Origin: Burkholderiaceae bacterium
Lineage (GTDB): Bacteria > Pseudomonadota > Gammaproteobacteria > Burkholderiales > Burkholderiaceae_C
Direction of reading: 5' to 3'
NCBI GenBank assembly: GCA_023954035.1
Contig: JAMLIT010000005.1
Location: forward strand, 15,830 to 79,829
Length of the DNA: 64,000 bases
Under the pieces are notes generated by a model, which saw only the letters and a program-made list of their open reading frames with translations, made no database searches and had not been told where the DNA came from. Positions 52,514-62,404 of this stretch are shown one piece after another. The translations under genes and the position numbers were made by a program. How positions within the stretch are numbered: position 1 is the first letter of the stretch; every line of letters begins with the position of its first letter.

Positions 52514-53143
52514 ATGTCACAAAACAACCATGCGTCGCAGGGTTTCACGCACGAGAAGATCGAAACCAACAATTTCCTGATGATCGTTTTGATCGTTCTG
52601 GTGATTGCGGTGGGGGGCTTGGTCGAGATCGTTCCCTTGTTCTTCCAGAAGTCGACCACCGAGCCGATCAAGGGCCTGGTGCCCTATACCTCCTTGCAGC
52701 TCATGGGGCGAGACATCTATCAGCGCGAGGGTTGCTACAACTGCCACTCGCAGATGATTCGTCCCTTCCGGGCCGAGACGCTGCGCTACGGCCACTATTC
52801 GGTCGCCGGCGAGTTCGTCTACGACCACCCGTTCCAGTGGGGCAGCAAGCGCACGGGTCCCGACCTGCACCGCGTGGGTGGCAAGTACAGCGACGAGTGG
52901 CATCGCATCCACCTGAACAATCCGCGCGACGTCGTGCCCGAGTCCAACATGCCAGCCTACACCTGGCTGAACAAGAACATGCTCGACCCCAGCGACGTGA
53001 CGCCACGGATGAAGGCCCTGCGCATGGTGGGCGTGCCTTATACCGACGAAGAAATAGCCGCAGCGCCCGAGCAACTCAAGGGGAAAACCGAAATGGATGC
53101 GATGGTTGCGTATTTGCAGGTTCTGGGCCGCGCTCTCAAATAA
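52514..53143 (+). CDS. ccoO: cbb3-type cytochrome c oxidase subunit II
   Basis: [29 protein letters not shown]. Confidence 0.98.
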   Translation: MSQNNHASQGFTHEKIETNNFLMIVLIVLVIAVGGLVEIVPLFFQKSTTEPIKGLVPYTSLQLMGRDIYQREGCYNCHSQMIRPFRAETLRYGHYSVAGEFVYDHPFQWGSKRTGPDLHRVGGKYSDEWHRIHLNNPRDVVPESNMPAYTWLNKNMLDPSDVTPRMKALRMVGVPYTDEEIAAAPEQLKGKTEMDAMVAYLQVLGRALK

Positions 53144-53153
53144 GGAGACTGCC

Positions 53154-53291
53154 ATGGACATCACCACCATGCGCATCATCGTCACGCTGCTGTCCTTTGC
53201 CTGTTTTCTGGGCATTGGCGTGTGGGCCTTCTCCCGCCGCAATCGCGAGCGCTTTGAGGAAGCCGCCCGGCTTCCATTCGAACAAGACTGA
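53154..53291 (+). CDS. ccoQ: cbb3-type oxidase subunit CcoQ
   Basis: One TM segment plus RFEEAARLPF; AAGGAG RBS. Confidence 0.92.
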   Translation: MDITTMRIIVTLLSFACFLGIGVWAFSRRNRERFEEAARLPFEQD

Positions 53292-53315
53292 ACCCCACCA
53301 GCACGAGAATTTTTC

Positions 53316-54230
53316 ATGAGTGATTTCACCCACAATTTCTGGTCGTTCTACGTGGCCGGGCTGACCCTGGTCAGCATTTTTGCCTGCGTGCTGCTGCTGT
53401 GGCTGACCGCGCGCAAAAAGATCGTCTCCAGCAGCGACAACACCACCGGCCATGTCTGGGACGAGGACCTGACGGAAATGAACAACCCCATGCCGCGATG
53501 GTGGATGTGGATGTTCGTCCTGACCATCGTCTTTGGCCTCGGCTATCTCGCTTTCTATCCGGGTCTGGGCAACTTTGCCGGGAAACTCGGCTGGAGCGAG
53601 ATCAAGGAATACCAGGAGGAGATGCAACGCGGCGAAGCCGAGATTGCCCCCGTCTACGCGCGCTTTGCGTCCATGACCACGCAGCAGCTTGCGGGCGATG
53701 CGCCGGCCATGGCCATTGGCGAGCGCCTGTTCATGAACAATTGCGCGCAGTGCCACGGTTCGGACGCCCATGGAAGCAAGGGCTTTCCCAACCTCACGGA
53801 CGGCGACTGGCTCTATGGGGGGTCGCCGGAAAAGATCAGCGAAACCATCCACAACGGCCGAGTCGGCGTGATGCCGCCGATGGCCGCGGCCGTGGGCACG
53901 CCCGATGACGTGCGCAATGTGGCGCACTATGTGCTGAGCCTGTCCGGCAGTCCGCACGACTCGCTGCGCGCGTCGCTGGGCAAGCCCAAGTTCGCCGCTT
54001 GCGCTGCCTGCCATGGAATGGACGGCAAGGGCAACCAGGCGCTGGGCGCGCCCAACCTCACGGACGACGTCTGGTTGCATGGCTGGGGCGAGGCCGCCAT
54101 CGTGGCCATGATCAACAACGGCAAGACCAACGAAATGCCGGCGCAGGCAGGAAAACTGACCGAGCCGCAATTGGCTGTGTTGGCGGCCTATGTTTGGGGC
54201 CAGTCCAACCGGGCCGAAACGGCCCGTTGA
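53316..54230 (+). CDS. ccoP: cbb3-type cytochrome c oxidase subunit III
   Basis: TGHVWDEDL..NNPMPRWW, CAQCH and CAACH heme motifs. Confidence 0.97.
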   Translation: MSDFTHNFWSFYVAGLTLVSIFACVLLLWLTARKKIVSSSDNTTGHVWDEDLTEMNNPMPRWWMWMFVLTIVFGLGYLAFYPGLGNFAGKLGWSEIKEYQEEMQRGEAEIAPVYARFASMTTQQLAGDAPAMAIGERLFMNNCAQCHGSDAHGSKGFPNLTDGDWLYGGSPEKISETIHNGRVGVMPPMAAAVGTPDDVRNVAHYVLSLSGSPHDSLRASLGKPKFAACAACHGMDGKGNQALGAPNLTDDVWLHGWGEAAIVAMINNGKTNEMPAQAGKLTEPQLAVLAAYVWGQSNRAETAR

Positions 54231-54389
54231 ACGCGGTCTTTGGTGCCCACCTTGCTGCAGGAGGCCATGGAAGTGGGCTCCTGGGCGTCCGATCTGCCCA
54301 CTCGGACAAATGTCTCGGCGCATGCAATGGCATGGCGTCTGGCGTATCTTCCTGCTTGATCTACACACTTTTCCCCTCACCTGAATTCC

Positions 54390-55835
54390 ATGAATAGCCC
54401 CGGCGAGAAGCCGCGCAAGGTCATTCCGATTGCTCCCGTGGCATCGGAGCCTTCCGCCTCCAACAGCGTTGCTTCCCTCTATGAGGCGCAGAAAAAGGTG
54501 TACCCGCGCTCCATCAGCGGGTTTTTCGCCCGCTGGCGCTGGGCCATGGTGTTTCTCACGCAGGCGGTGTTCTATGGCCTTCCGTGGCTGGAATGGGGGC
54601 AGCGCCAGATGGTCTTGTTCGACCTGGGGGCAAGGCGGTTCTACATCTTCGGCCTGGTGCTGTACCCGCAGGACTTCATCTATCTCACCGGCCTGCTCAT
54701 CATTTCCGCGCTATCGCTGTTTCTTTTCACAGCGGTGGCTGGGCGGCTGTGGTGCGGTTTCGCCTGTCCGCAGACGGTGTACACCGAAATTTTCATGTGG
54801 ATCGAGCACAAGGTTGAAGGCGAGCGCAGCGCGCGGGTGCGGCTCGACAATGGGCCCTGGACCTTCGAGAAGGTCTGGAAAAAATCGCTCAAACAGGCGC
54901 TTTGGGTGCTGATTTCGGCCTGGACGGGCTTTACCTTCGTCGGCTATTTCGTGCCGATTCGACAACTGGGCGCCGAACTGATGGCCTTGCAGGGCAGCTG
55001 GCAGATGTTCTGGGTGCTGTTTTACGGATTTGCCACCTATGGCAATGCCGGTTTCCTGCGCGAGCAGGTGTGCAAGTACATGTGCCCCTATGCGCGTTTC
55101 CAGAGCGCGATGTTCGACCGGGACACGCTCATAGTCACTTACGACGAAGGCCGTGGCGAGCCCCGCGGCCCGCGCGTCAAGACGGTCGACTACAAGGCCA
55201 AGGGTTTGGGGGACTGCATCGATTGCACCTTGTGCGTGCAGGTCTGCCCGGTGGGCATTGACATCCGTGACGGTCTGCAATATGAGTGCATTGGCTGTGG
55301 ATTGTGCGTTGATGCGTGTAACAGCGTGATGGACAAGATGCACTATCCGCGCGGACTGATTCGCTTTTCCACGCAGAACGCCGTGGCCAAAGGCTGGGGT
55401 AGGGCAGAGATATTCCGGCATGTACTTCGGCCGCGCGTGCTGATCTACACGAGCGTTCTCGTGGCCCTGTGCGTGGGCATGCTCACCAGCCTCGTCGTGC
55501 GCACCCCGCTCAAGGTCGACGTGGTGCGTGACCGGGCCGCGCTCTCGCGCATCGTGGCGGGCGGCAAGCTGGAGAACATCTATCGCCTGCAGATCATGAA
55601 TGCCACGGAAACAACCCACCGCTACCGCGTGAGCGCCAGTGGGCTCGACGGACTGGAACTGGCGTCTGAACCGGAGTTTGAAGTGGCTGCTGCAGAGTCG
55701 CGCTGGGTTCCGGTGAACCTGCGCATTCCCTACGGTTCGGCCGAGCCTGGCTCGCACCCGGTGCAGTTCAACATCGAAGCCGTGGGGACCGATGCCCGCG
55801 TGCGCGAGAAATCCGTATTTCTGGTGCCGCGCTGA
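54390..55835 (+). CDS. ccoG: cbb3 accessory 4Fe-4S membrane protein CcoG/FixG
   Basis: GRLWCGFACPQT, CKYMCPY, CIDCTLCVQVCP, CIGCGLCVDAC. Confidence 0.96.
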   Translation: MNSPGEKPRKVIPIAPVASEPSASNSVASLYEAQKKVYPRSISGFFARWRWAMVFLTQAVFYGLPWLEWGQRQMVLFDLGARRFYIFGLVLYPQDFIYLTGLLIISALSLFLFTAVAGRLWCGFACPQTVYTEIFMWIEHKVEGERSARVRLDNGPWTFEKVWKKSLKQALWVLISAWTGFTFVGYFVPIRQLGAELMALQGSWQMFWVLFYGFATYGNAGFLREQVCKYMCPYARFQSAMFDRDTLIVTYDEGRGEPRGPRVKTVDYKAKGLGDCIDCTLCVQVCPVGIDIRDGLQYECIGCGLCVDACNSVMDKMHYPRGLIRFSTQNAVAKGWGRAEIFRHVLRPRVLIYTSVLVALCVGMLTSLVVRTPLKVDVVRDRAALSRIVAGGKLENIYRLQIMNATETTHRYRVSASGLDGLELASEPEFEVAAAESRWVPVNLRIPYGSAEPGSHPVQFNIEAVGTDARVREKSVFLVPR

Positions 55836-55862
55836 AGCTTTATAGCAAGCCGAGAGATCTTC

Positions 55863-56135
55863 ATGAGCCAAAAATCTGTTGAATCGCCGGACCCGAAGCC
55901 GTGGTGGAAATTCGGTTTCGTTTGGCTTGTCCTTGGCGGGCCAGCCGTGGTGGTGGTCGCTTCCTTCGTGACGCTTTGGCTGGCCGTGCGCAGCCCCGAT
56001 CCCGTATTGGAGGAGGACTATTACCAGCGTGGGCTGGCGATCAACAAGACGCTCGCCGCCCAGGACCAGCGCCTGACTCCAGCCCTCAAAGGCCGAAATC
56101 ATGCGGCGACACCGGCCAGTCAGGTGCCGCGTTAG
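55863..56135 (+). CDS. ccoH: Short FixH/CcoH-like protein
   Basis: PWWKFGFVWLV.GGP..VV.AS, EEDYYQRGLAIN. Confidence 0.8.
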   Translation: MSQKSVESPDPKPWWKFGFVWLVLGGPAVVVVASFVTLWLAVRSPDPVLEEDYYQRGLAINKTLAAQDQRLTPALKGRNHAATPASQVPR

Positions 56136-56165
56136 CGCAAATTCACCAACAAGGAGACCAATCGA

Positions 56166-56459
56166 ATGTGGACCCAACGCCTGATGTGGATTGCCTGGCC
56201 CGCCTTTTTGATGGCGGGCGTGCTGGAGATGCTGGTGTTCGCGCTTGTCGACCCCAGCGACCTGCACTGGTTCGGGCAACCCGTTGCGCTGTCGCGCGAA
56301 GGTGTCTACACCCTCGCTTTTTTCGTTTTCTGGGGGGTGACCATGCTGTCGAGCACGCTCACTACGATGCTCTCTTTTTCACCCTTCGAGGTCAATCGCT
56401 GTCCGGTTCCCAAGGGCGAGCGGCCCGACGACTGTCGCAAACACCCCTCGCACGCCTGA
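56166..56459 (+). CDS. Hypothetical two-TM membrane protein
   Basis: WPAFL..GVLE..VFA.VDP.DL, SREGVYTLAFF.FW; AAGGAG RBS; last gene of the cco run. Confidence 0.8.
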   Translation: MWTQRLMWIAWPAFLMAGVLEMLVFALVDPSDLHWFGQPVALSREGVYTLAFFVFWGVTMLSSTLTTMLSFSPFEVNRCPVPKGERPDDCRKHPSHA

Positions 56460-56483
56460 AGGCGCTGAACCTCCCGCACCACC

Positions 56484-56999
56484 ATGACCCGCCACTCCAT
56501 GCCACAGGTCTCCACCTGCGATCTGTGCGATCTGTTCAAGGCCGACGACAGCGACGCCTTCCGGGTTCTTCCGCCCGGGTTTGCTTCTTTTGGCGCGATG
56601 CGCGCATTTGCTGGCCGCGTCAGCACGGTGAAGTGCTTTGAAGACAACACCCTCGTGAAGGAGGCCTTGGATCAGCCAGGTGAAGGACGCGTGCTGGTCG
56701 TCGACGGTGGCGGCTCGCTGCGCCGGGCGCTTGTCGGCGGCAATCTGGCGGCGGCGGCAGTCGCCAATGGCTGGGTCGGCTTGGTCGTGGACGGCTGTGT
56801 CCGTGACGTGGCTGAACTGGCCGACACTGAGCTTGGGATTCGCGCCCTGGGCGTGGTGCCTCTGCCCACCATCAAGCGTGGCGAGGGCCAGCGCGACGTA
56901 GCCGTGCACATTCGAGGGGTGCGCGTGCGGTCGGGGGAGTGGTTGTATGCGGACGACGATGGCATCGTGGTCAGTGCATCGGCCATTCACGCTGCCTGA
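56484..56999 (+). CDS. rraA: RraA family protein (HMG aldolase / RNase E regulator-like)
   Basis: TCDLCD, TVKCFEDN, VLVVDGGGS, GCVRD, YADDDG. Confidence 0.9.
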   Translation: MTRHSMPQVSTCDLCDLFKADDSDAFRVLPPGFASFGAMRAFAGRVSTVKCFEDNTLVKEALDQPGEGRVLVVDGGGSLRRALVGGNLAAAAVANGWVGLVVDGCVRDVAELADTELGIRALGVVPLPTIKRGEGQRDVAVHIRGVRVRSGEWLYADDDGIVVSASAIHAA

Positions 57000-57013
57000 T
57001 CGCTGACGGCGCT

Positions 57014-58159
57014 TTACCGCCGGAACCGCTCCCCGTTGAAATAGGTGAGCTCAACGAAATCCGTTCCGCTGTGGTCGTTGGGTCCATAGCGCACTTCGAA
57101 GCCGCCCAGATCGTAAGGGCGCATCGAATGCATTGCTTCGGTGAGCTTGTCCCGCGTCGCGTTGCGTCCGCTTCGGCGCAGCGCCTCGATCAGGATGCGC
57201 GCATTGACATAGCCCTCCAGCGACGAATAGCCGGGTTCGGTGGAGCCTTCCTTCTTCAGCGCCTCCTGATAGGCGTGAACGAGGGGCATGGCGACCGCGT
57301 GCGGACTCGGCACCACCTGCGCAACCGTGATCCCCACCGCGGCGTCGCCCAGGGCGGCGAGAAGCGGGCGCGAGCCGAGGAAGGAGATGGAAAACGCCGG
57401 CGTTTGCACCCGCTTTCTCAGACCCTTGTAGAACGGGATGCCGAGCCCGCCAATCGCCAGCGACATCAGGGCCGTGGGCTGGTATGCGACGATTTCTTCG
57501 ATGCCCTTGGCCACTCCCTCGGCGGTCTCGGTCACCAGAAAGGCTTTCCAGTCGGTGTTGTTGTAAGTCCTGGCAGCCGCCTCGAAAGCGGCCAGCGCGG
57601 CCTTGCCAAAGGGATTGTCGAAATAGGCGACCGCACATTTGGTGAAACCCGTCGAGCTCAGTTGCCGGGCGATTTTGTTCAGCTCCTGTGCGTAACTGGC
57701 CCGCGTGTGAAAAACCAGCGGATTGAAGGGTCGCAAGGCGTCGGAGCCGGTTGCGGGCGCAATGAGGGGAACTTGGGCTGGTACCAGCACTTGCAGCGCG
57801 CCAATCACGCTCGTGGTGCCACCGCAGGCAAACAGCGTCAGTACCTGTTCCTTCTCTATCAGCTGGCGCGCATTGTCGGCCGCCTTTGCCGGCGCTCCGC
57901 CGTCGTCGAGGCTGATTAGCTCCAGGCGGCGGCCGTCGATTCCGCCTTGCGAATTCACTTGCTGAAATGCCGCGGCAATGCCCTTGTTCATTTCCACGAA
58001 GGGGAAGGCCAGCGGTCCGGTGAGCGCCGCCGTCTGGCCGATGCGCAGGCTCTGTGGCTGGGCCCGGGTCCAGGTTGGCAGCGGCAGCGCCGCCAGCACC
58101 GATGCTTGCAATAGGCGTCGCCTGCGTGTTGGCACGGGTGCATTTGTCGAGGGAGTCAT
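57014..58159 (-). CDS. Orphan type-1 periplasmic ligand-binding protein (LivJ/K-like)
   Basis: RRRRLL Tat-like signal, IGQTAALTGP, GGIDGRRLELISLDD, EGYVNA. Confidence 0.85.
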   Translation of the reverse strand: MTPSTNAPVPTRRRRLLQASVLAALPLPTWTRAQPQSLRIGQTAALTGPLAFPFVEMNKGIAAAFQQVNSQGGIDGRRLELISLDDGGAPAKAADNARQLIEKEQVLTLFACGGTTSVIGALQVLVPAQVPLIAPATGSDALRPFNPLVFHTRASYAQELNKIARQLSSTGFTKCAVAYFDNPFGKAALAAFEAAARTYNNTDWKAFLVTETAEGVAKGIEEIVAYQPTALMSLAIGGLGIPFYKGLRKRVQTPAFSISFLGSRPLLAALGDAAVGITVAQVVPSPHAVAMPLVHAYQEALKKEGSTEPGYSSLEGYVNARILIEALRRSGRNATRDKLTEAMHSMRPYDLGGFEVRYGPNDHSGTDFVELTYFNGERFRR

Positions 58160-58311
58160 GGCAATTCCTGAAGCGGTGGGCGATGGTCAGGCTCTGCGGC
58201 CTGGGCGCGAAGTATCTGGGCAGGGCGTGCGTTTGACTTCCAGGAAAACCCCTGCCGAGGCGGCCAGATCGTCGCCTGCGTGACTGGCACGGACCGGACG
58301 CAATGCTGGGC

Positions 58312-60495
58312 CTACCTGCGATCGCCAGGCTTGGGTGCTGCGCCTGCCGGGCCGGCCTTCACGGCCTCGTCCGCACGGGCAAGCAGCTTGGCGCAATGCG
58401 CGTCATCTTCCGCCGCCGGTACCGTGATAGGCACGAGTGCCAGTGCAGCGGGCGCCGCCACTGCCGCCAGCACGGCCGCACCTGCGCGGGCCAGCAGGGG
58501 GCCAGCCTCGACTCCGATCTGGGGGTCGATGAAGGGTCCGCGCACGGTCAGCGGCGTACGCAGCGAAAAGAACTTCCATTCCAAGGATTCGGGTTTGATG
58601 CGCAGATCGAGGTGCTCGTGGTCGAAGTCGATGGTTCCGACCGCCTCGACCACCGCCTCGTTGGTGCTGAGCTTGACCGAGCGTGTCTGCGCCATGCCGT
58701 CTTTGACCGCCAGGTCGGCCACCGCACAGCGAACGTGGACTTCCTTGTCCTCGCCAAAGAGCTTGGCGACGATCACGCTTCCCAGGTTCAGCGCCGCCAG
58801 GTCCAGCAGCTGTTTGCTCAGCGTACCGTCACGCACGTAGAAGCGCGCCTCGCCCGTGCTGGTGGCGAGCATGCTCGCAATGGACGTGCCCTCGCCGGCC
58901 AGTGCAAAGGCGCCGTCCATGCGCCCCAGGCTTTTGTCCATGAGTTCCACCTTGGGGAAAAGCGAAGAGAGCTTCAGGTCGTCCACAGTGGCCCGAATCT
59001 GCGCCTTGAGTGGGTCGCTGTGGCTGTCGAGCACCACTTGCGCATCGATGCGGCCTTTGGCAACGCCAAAGCGCAGCGGGGTCAGCCTGAGTTGGCCTTC
59101 TTTCAAGATGGCGCGGACGCTGAAATTGTCCAGGGGCAGCGCCGCGGGACCCACCAGGCGCTGGCCCAGAAAGGCAACGTCGGCGTCCATGGCGTCCCAG
59201 CGCCCGGTGGCAAAGCGATCGTCTGGCAAGACCTTTCCCGGCCGGGTGGTTTTTATTTTCTCCTTGCCCGCGCCTTCCGGGGTCCCCACGACCGGACCGA
59301 GGTCGCCCAACTGCAACTTGCGCGACTTCAACTGACCCGTCAACCTGGGCCTTGGCTGGCCCGACGTGTACGTCAAATGCCCTTCCAGGTCGCTCTTGCC
59401 GACGGCGCCGGTAAAGTCCTCGTAATCCCAGGTGGCGCGCTCCGGTTCAAGGCTGCCCACCAGGTGGCCGCTGGTTTTGTACGGCGGTGTGCTGGGCAGG
59501 ACCAGGCCGGTGAGTTCGTAAAGATCAGCCATGCTTTGCCCCTCCAGCGTGACCTGAAGGTCCAGGCCGGAGAGCCTGCGGGGATTGGAGAGGGTGCCTC
59601 GCACCTGGGCCCGGGTGGCCCCGGCGCGCGCGTCGAATTCGATCGGGTATTCGATGCGCTCGTTTTGCAGCGAGAGCAATTGGCCGGCCCGTCCCTGGCC
59701 ACTGACCGTCGCCGCGCGAAATCGGCCCAGCAGTTCAAAGCGCAGGCCGTAGCGGGGTTCTTCCTCGGCGCCCGCCGGGACGTCTTCGGTTGCCAGCTTG
59801 GCCCGCAGGGCAAGTTGCTGCTGCACATCGGCATAGGCCAGTTGGCCCTGTTCCACCGACACGCTGTTCAGCTCGACCCTCCACGGGTTGGCGCTCGGGC
59901 TGGCTTCGCCGTCTTCCTGGCGCGGGAAGCTCCAGTTGTTCTCGCCATCCGCGCGGCGCGCCAGGGCCACGTCGGGCGTCGACAGCACCAGCGCATCGAT
60001 CCATAGCAAGCGGCGCAATAGCGGCAGCAGCCGAAGGCTGGCACTGGCGTGGCCGACCCTCGCCATCAGCGGTGCATCGTCTGGCTGGGCAGCAGCTCCT
60101 GCCTCGTCTGCGTCCGCCTTTTCTGGCGCGGCCAGGTGTGGCGGCTTGCTGCGTGCATCGTCCGGGTCCAGCGCGCCGAAGGGCCCAAAGCCAGGCCGAT
60201 TGCCCAGTTCCAGCTTTTCGGCTTGCACCAGCACGCCTGGCACCCAACGTCGCCAGCCCGCATCCAGAGCCTGGGGCCAAACCCATTGCGCGTCCAGATC
60301 TCCCTGAATCGCAAAGTGGCGTCCGGTGACCGCGCTGACCCGTTCGTTGACCCATGGGCGGGCACGGTTCCAGTCGATCAGGCTGACCGCAAGCATGAGG
60401 ATCACCAGCGAGGCAATGACGCTGGCGGCAACGATCAACAGCAGGCGCAACGCGAGGGAAAGGCGCGGCCCGGATGAGGAAGCGGGAGAGGGCAT
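58312..60495 (-). CDS. AsmA family protein (YhjG-like)
   Basis: N-terminal TM plus DWNRARPW, G.VGKSDL.G, terminal SLRTPLTVRGPF. Confidence 0.85.
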   Translation of the reverse strand: MPSPASSSGPRLSLALRLLLIVAASVIASLVILMLAVSLIDWNRARPWVNERVSAVTGRHFAIQGDLDAQWVWPQALDAGWRRWVPGVLVQAEKLELGNRPGFGPFGALDPDDARSKPPHLAAPEKADADEAGAAAQPDDAPLMARVGHASASLRLLPLLRRLLWIDALVLSTPDVALARRADGENNWSFPRQEDGEASPSANPWRVELNSVSVEQGQLAYADVQQQLALRAKLATEDVPAGAEEEPRYGLRFELLGRFRAATVSGQGRAGQLLSLQNERIEYPIEFDARAGATRAQVRGTLSNPRRLSGLDLQVTLEGQSMADLYELTGLVLPSTPPYKTSGHLVGSLEPERATWDYEDFTGAVGKSDLEGHLTYTSGQPRPRLTGQLKSRKLQLGDLGPVVGTPEGAGKEKIKTTRPGKVLPDDRFATGRWDAMDADVAFLGQRLVGPAALPLDNFSVRAILKEGQLRLTPLRFGVAKGRIDAQVVLDSHSDPLKAQIRATVDDLKLSSLFPKVELMDKSLGRMDGAFALAGEGTSIASMLATSTGEARFYVRDGTLSKQLLDLAALNLGSVIVAKLFGEDKEVHVRCAVADLAVKDGMAQTRSVKLSTNEAVVEAVGTIDFDHEHLDLRIKPESLEWKFFSLRTPLTVRGPFIDPQIGVEAGPLLARAGAAVLAAVAAPAALALVPITVPAAEDDAHCAKLLARADEAVKAGPAGAAPKPGDRR

Positions 60496-60610
60496 GGCGC
60501 CCCATGCTAAGACGTTCAGGCCGTTGCGGCGGCCCGCGAGTGCTTTATCGGATGCACTTCCGCCTTTGTCCTACAGAGTCGAAGAGCCGCGGTGTGGCCC
60601 TTGAGGCATT

Positions 60611-61168
60611 TCACAAAACGGCGAACAACTTCTCGCGCAGTTCCGGCAGACGCTTGTGTCCGGCGGAGCTGGTTTCCAGGGCATGGGCCCAGGCGCTGTA
60701 CACCTTGCGCAATTCGTTCGTGGTTTTGCAACCGTAGATCGATTCGATCAGACTGATGCGGTTGTGGTGTCCAAAAATGCTGTTGACCGTGTTGATCATG
60801 AAGTTGCGCGCCATCTCCAGCTCTTTGTCGCTGCGCGACTCGGGCGGCGGCAGCACGGCGAGCCAGTCGGTGGGAGTCACCGTCTCCCCCGGCTGTGGAT
60901 GGGCGGGGTCCAAAACGCGGGACGGGGCCATCGGGGCCACCGTTTTCACCTCGATGCAGGCGTGGGCGATCAGCTCATCGATGTACTGTGCCAGGGGATG
61001 GCCGGCGACGAACGGTTCCAGGTCTTTGCCCGTGCGCTTGCCATCGATCAGCACCAAAAGCCGCCGGGCGAGCGGCGACAACCCCAGTGCACGCGTCTGG
61101 ATTTCCTGCTGGCCAGCGGACGTCTTGGCAAAAACTGCAGCACTGAAATCGGTGGGGGCGTCGGTCAT
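60611..61168 (-). CDS. Hypothetical protein with an N-terminal winged-helix-like module
   Basis: KTSAGQQEIQTR...RRLLVLIDGKR, Pro-rich linker, helical C-terminal domain; AGGA RBS. Confidence 0.7.
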   Translation of the reverse strand: MTDAPTDFSAAVFAKTSAGQQEIQTRALGLSPLARRLLVLIDGKRTGKDLEPFVAGHPLAQYIDELIAHACIEVKTVAPMAPSRVLDPAHPQPGETVTPTDWLAVLPPPESRSDKELEMARNFMINTVNSIFGHHNRISLIESIYGCKTTNELRKVYSAWAHALETSSAGHKRLPELREKLFAVL

Positions 61169-61327
61169 CAAGCCATGTTCCTATTTGTATCGGGAGCTGG
61201 AGCCCATGGTGAGCCACACTCTTGCCGAAGAACACTGGGGTTTTTACCAATTCAGCGTGCCTGGATGGGGCGGGCTGCGCAGTCACCCCTACAATTTTCT
61301 TGCCCCTTCGGTTGGCCCGGACCATTG

Positions 61328-62245
61328 ATGCACAACCCCCACCGTCCTGCGGTTCTTCCCATGCGCAGCGGAGTCAGTCCGAGCTGCGTGGTGCTCCCAT
61401 CGCGTGGCCACGGCAGCCTGCTGGATTTCCTGAGTGCGCGTCTGCCCAAGGTTTCCCGTGCCGATTGGGAGCGCCGCATGGCCGCGGGTGAGGTGGTGGA
61501 CGAGCGCGGACGGCCCGCGCAGCCAGAGCGCTTGTTTGAGCCAGGGCTGCGTTTGTTCTACTACCGCAGCCTGGACAGCGAGCCGCACCCGCCCGGAGTC
61601 GAGTCGGTGCTGTACCGCGACGAGCATCTGCTCGTTGCCGACAAGCCCCACTTCATGCCGGTCGTTCCCACTGGGCGGTATCTGCATCACAGCTTGCTCG
61701 TGCGCCTGAAGCGGCAATGGGGTTTGAGCGAACTCTCGCCCCTGCACCGCATCGACCGCGACACGGCAGGCCTGGTGCTGTTTTCGGTTCAGCAGAAAAC
61801 CCGTGGCGCCTACCAGGCGCTGTTTCGGGAGCGCAGCATCTGCAAGGAGTATGAAGCGGTAGCCCCATGGCGGCCTGAGCAGGTTTTCCCTTGTGAGCGC
61901 GCCAGCCGCATTGAAGAAAGCCCGCAGTTTTTTCGCATGCAGGAAGTGAGTGGTCCGCCCAACAGCCTGACCACCATTGAGCGGCTGGAGACGGGAGCGC
62001 ACTGGGCACGCTACCGTCTTCGACCGATCACGGGCAAACGCCACCAATTGCGCGTGCACATGGCGGCGCTGGGGCTGGCGCTGCGCAATGACGCCTTCTA
62101 CCCAAGCGTCAACGATGTGCCTGACGGTGACTGGTCTCGTCCCTTGCAACTGCTGGCGCGCTCCCTGGCATTCACCGACCCGCTGAGCGGCGAGCAGCGA
62201 AGTTTTACCAGTGGTCTGGATCTTTTGCCGCTGGACGTACCATGA
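61328..62245 (+). CDS. RluA-family pseudouridine synthase
   Basis: DKPHFMP, HRIDRDTAG, TGKRHQLRVH, LQLLA. Confidence 0.9.
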   Translation: MHNPHRPAVLPMRSGVSPSCVVLPSRGHGSLLDFLSARLPKVSRADWERRMAAGEVVDERGRPAQPERLFEPGLRLFYYRSLDSEPHPPGVESVLYRDEHLLVADKPHFMPVVPTGRYLHHSLLVRLKRQWGLSELSPLHRIDRDTAGLVLFSVQQKTRGAYQALFRERSICKEYEAVAPWRPEQVFPCERASRIEESPQFFRMQEVSGPPNSLTTIERLETGAHWARYRLRPITGKRHQLRVHMAALGLALRNDAFYPSVNDVPDGDWSRPLQLLARSLAFTDPLSGEQRSFTSGLDLLPLDVP

Positions 62246-62404
62246 AACGCTGTCGGACCGTGGTGCACCGGTCAAAATCAAAGCCATTCAGCGCAATGGG
62301 CGCTGCCAGTTTCCGCAGACTTTTCTAGCGGTTCCAGACCTTGCACTCCCACGCCTTGAGCGCGCCAGGGTGCTGCGCTGATGTCCCGTACCGAGGTGTC
62401 CACC

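Noticed and set aside
54356-54369. Possible third FNR box upstream of ccoG (TTGAT-CTAC-ACACT)
   Set aside because: Only the left half-site matches.
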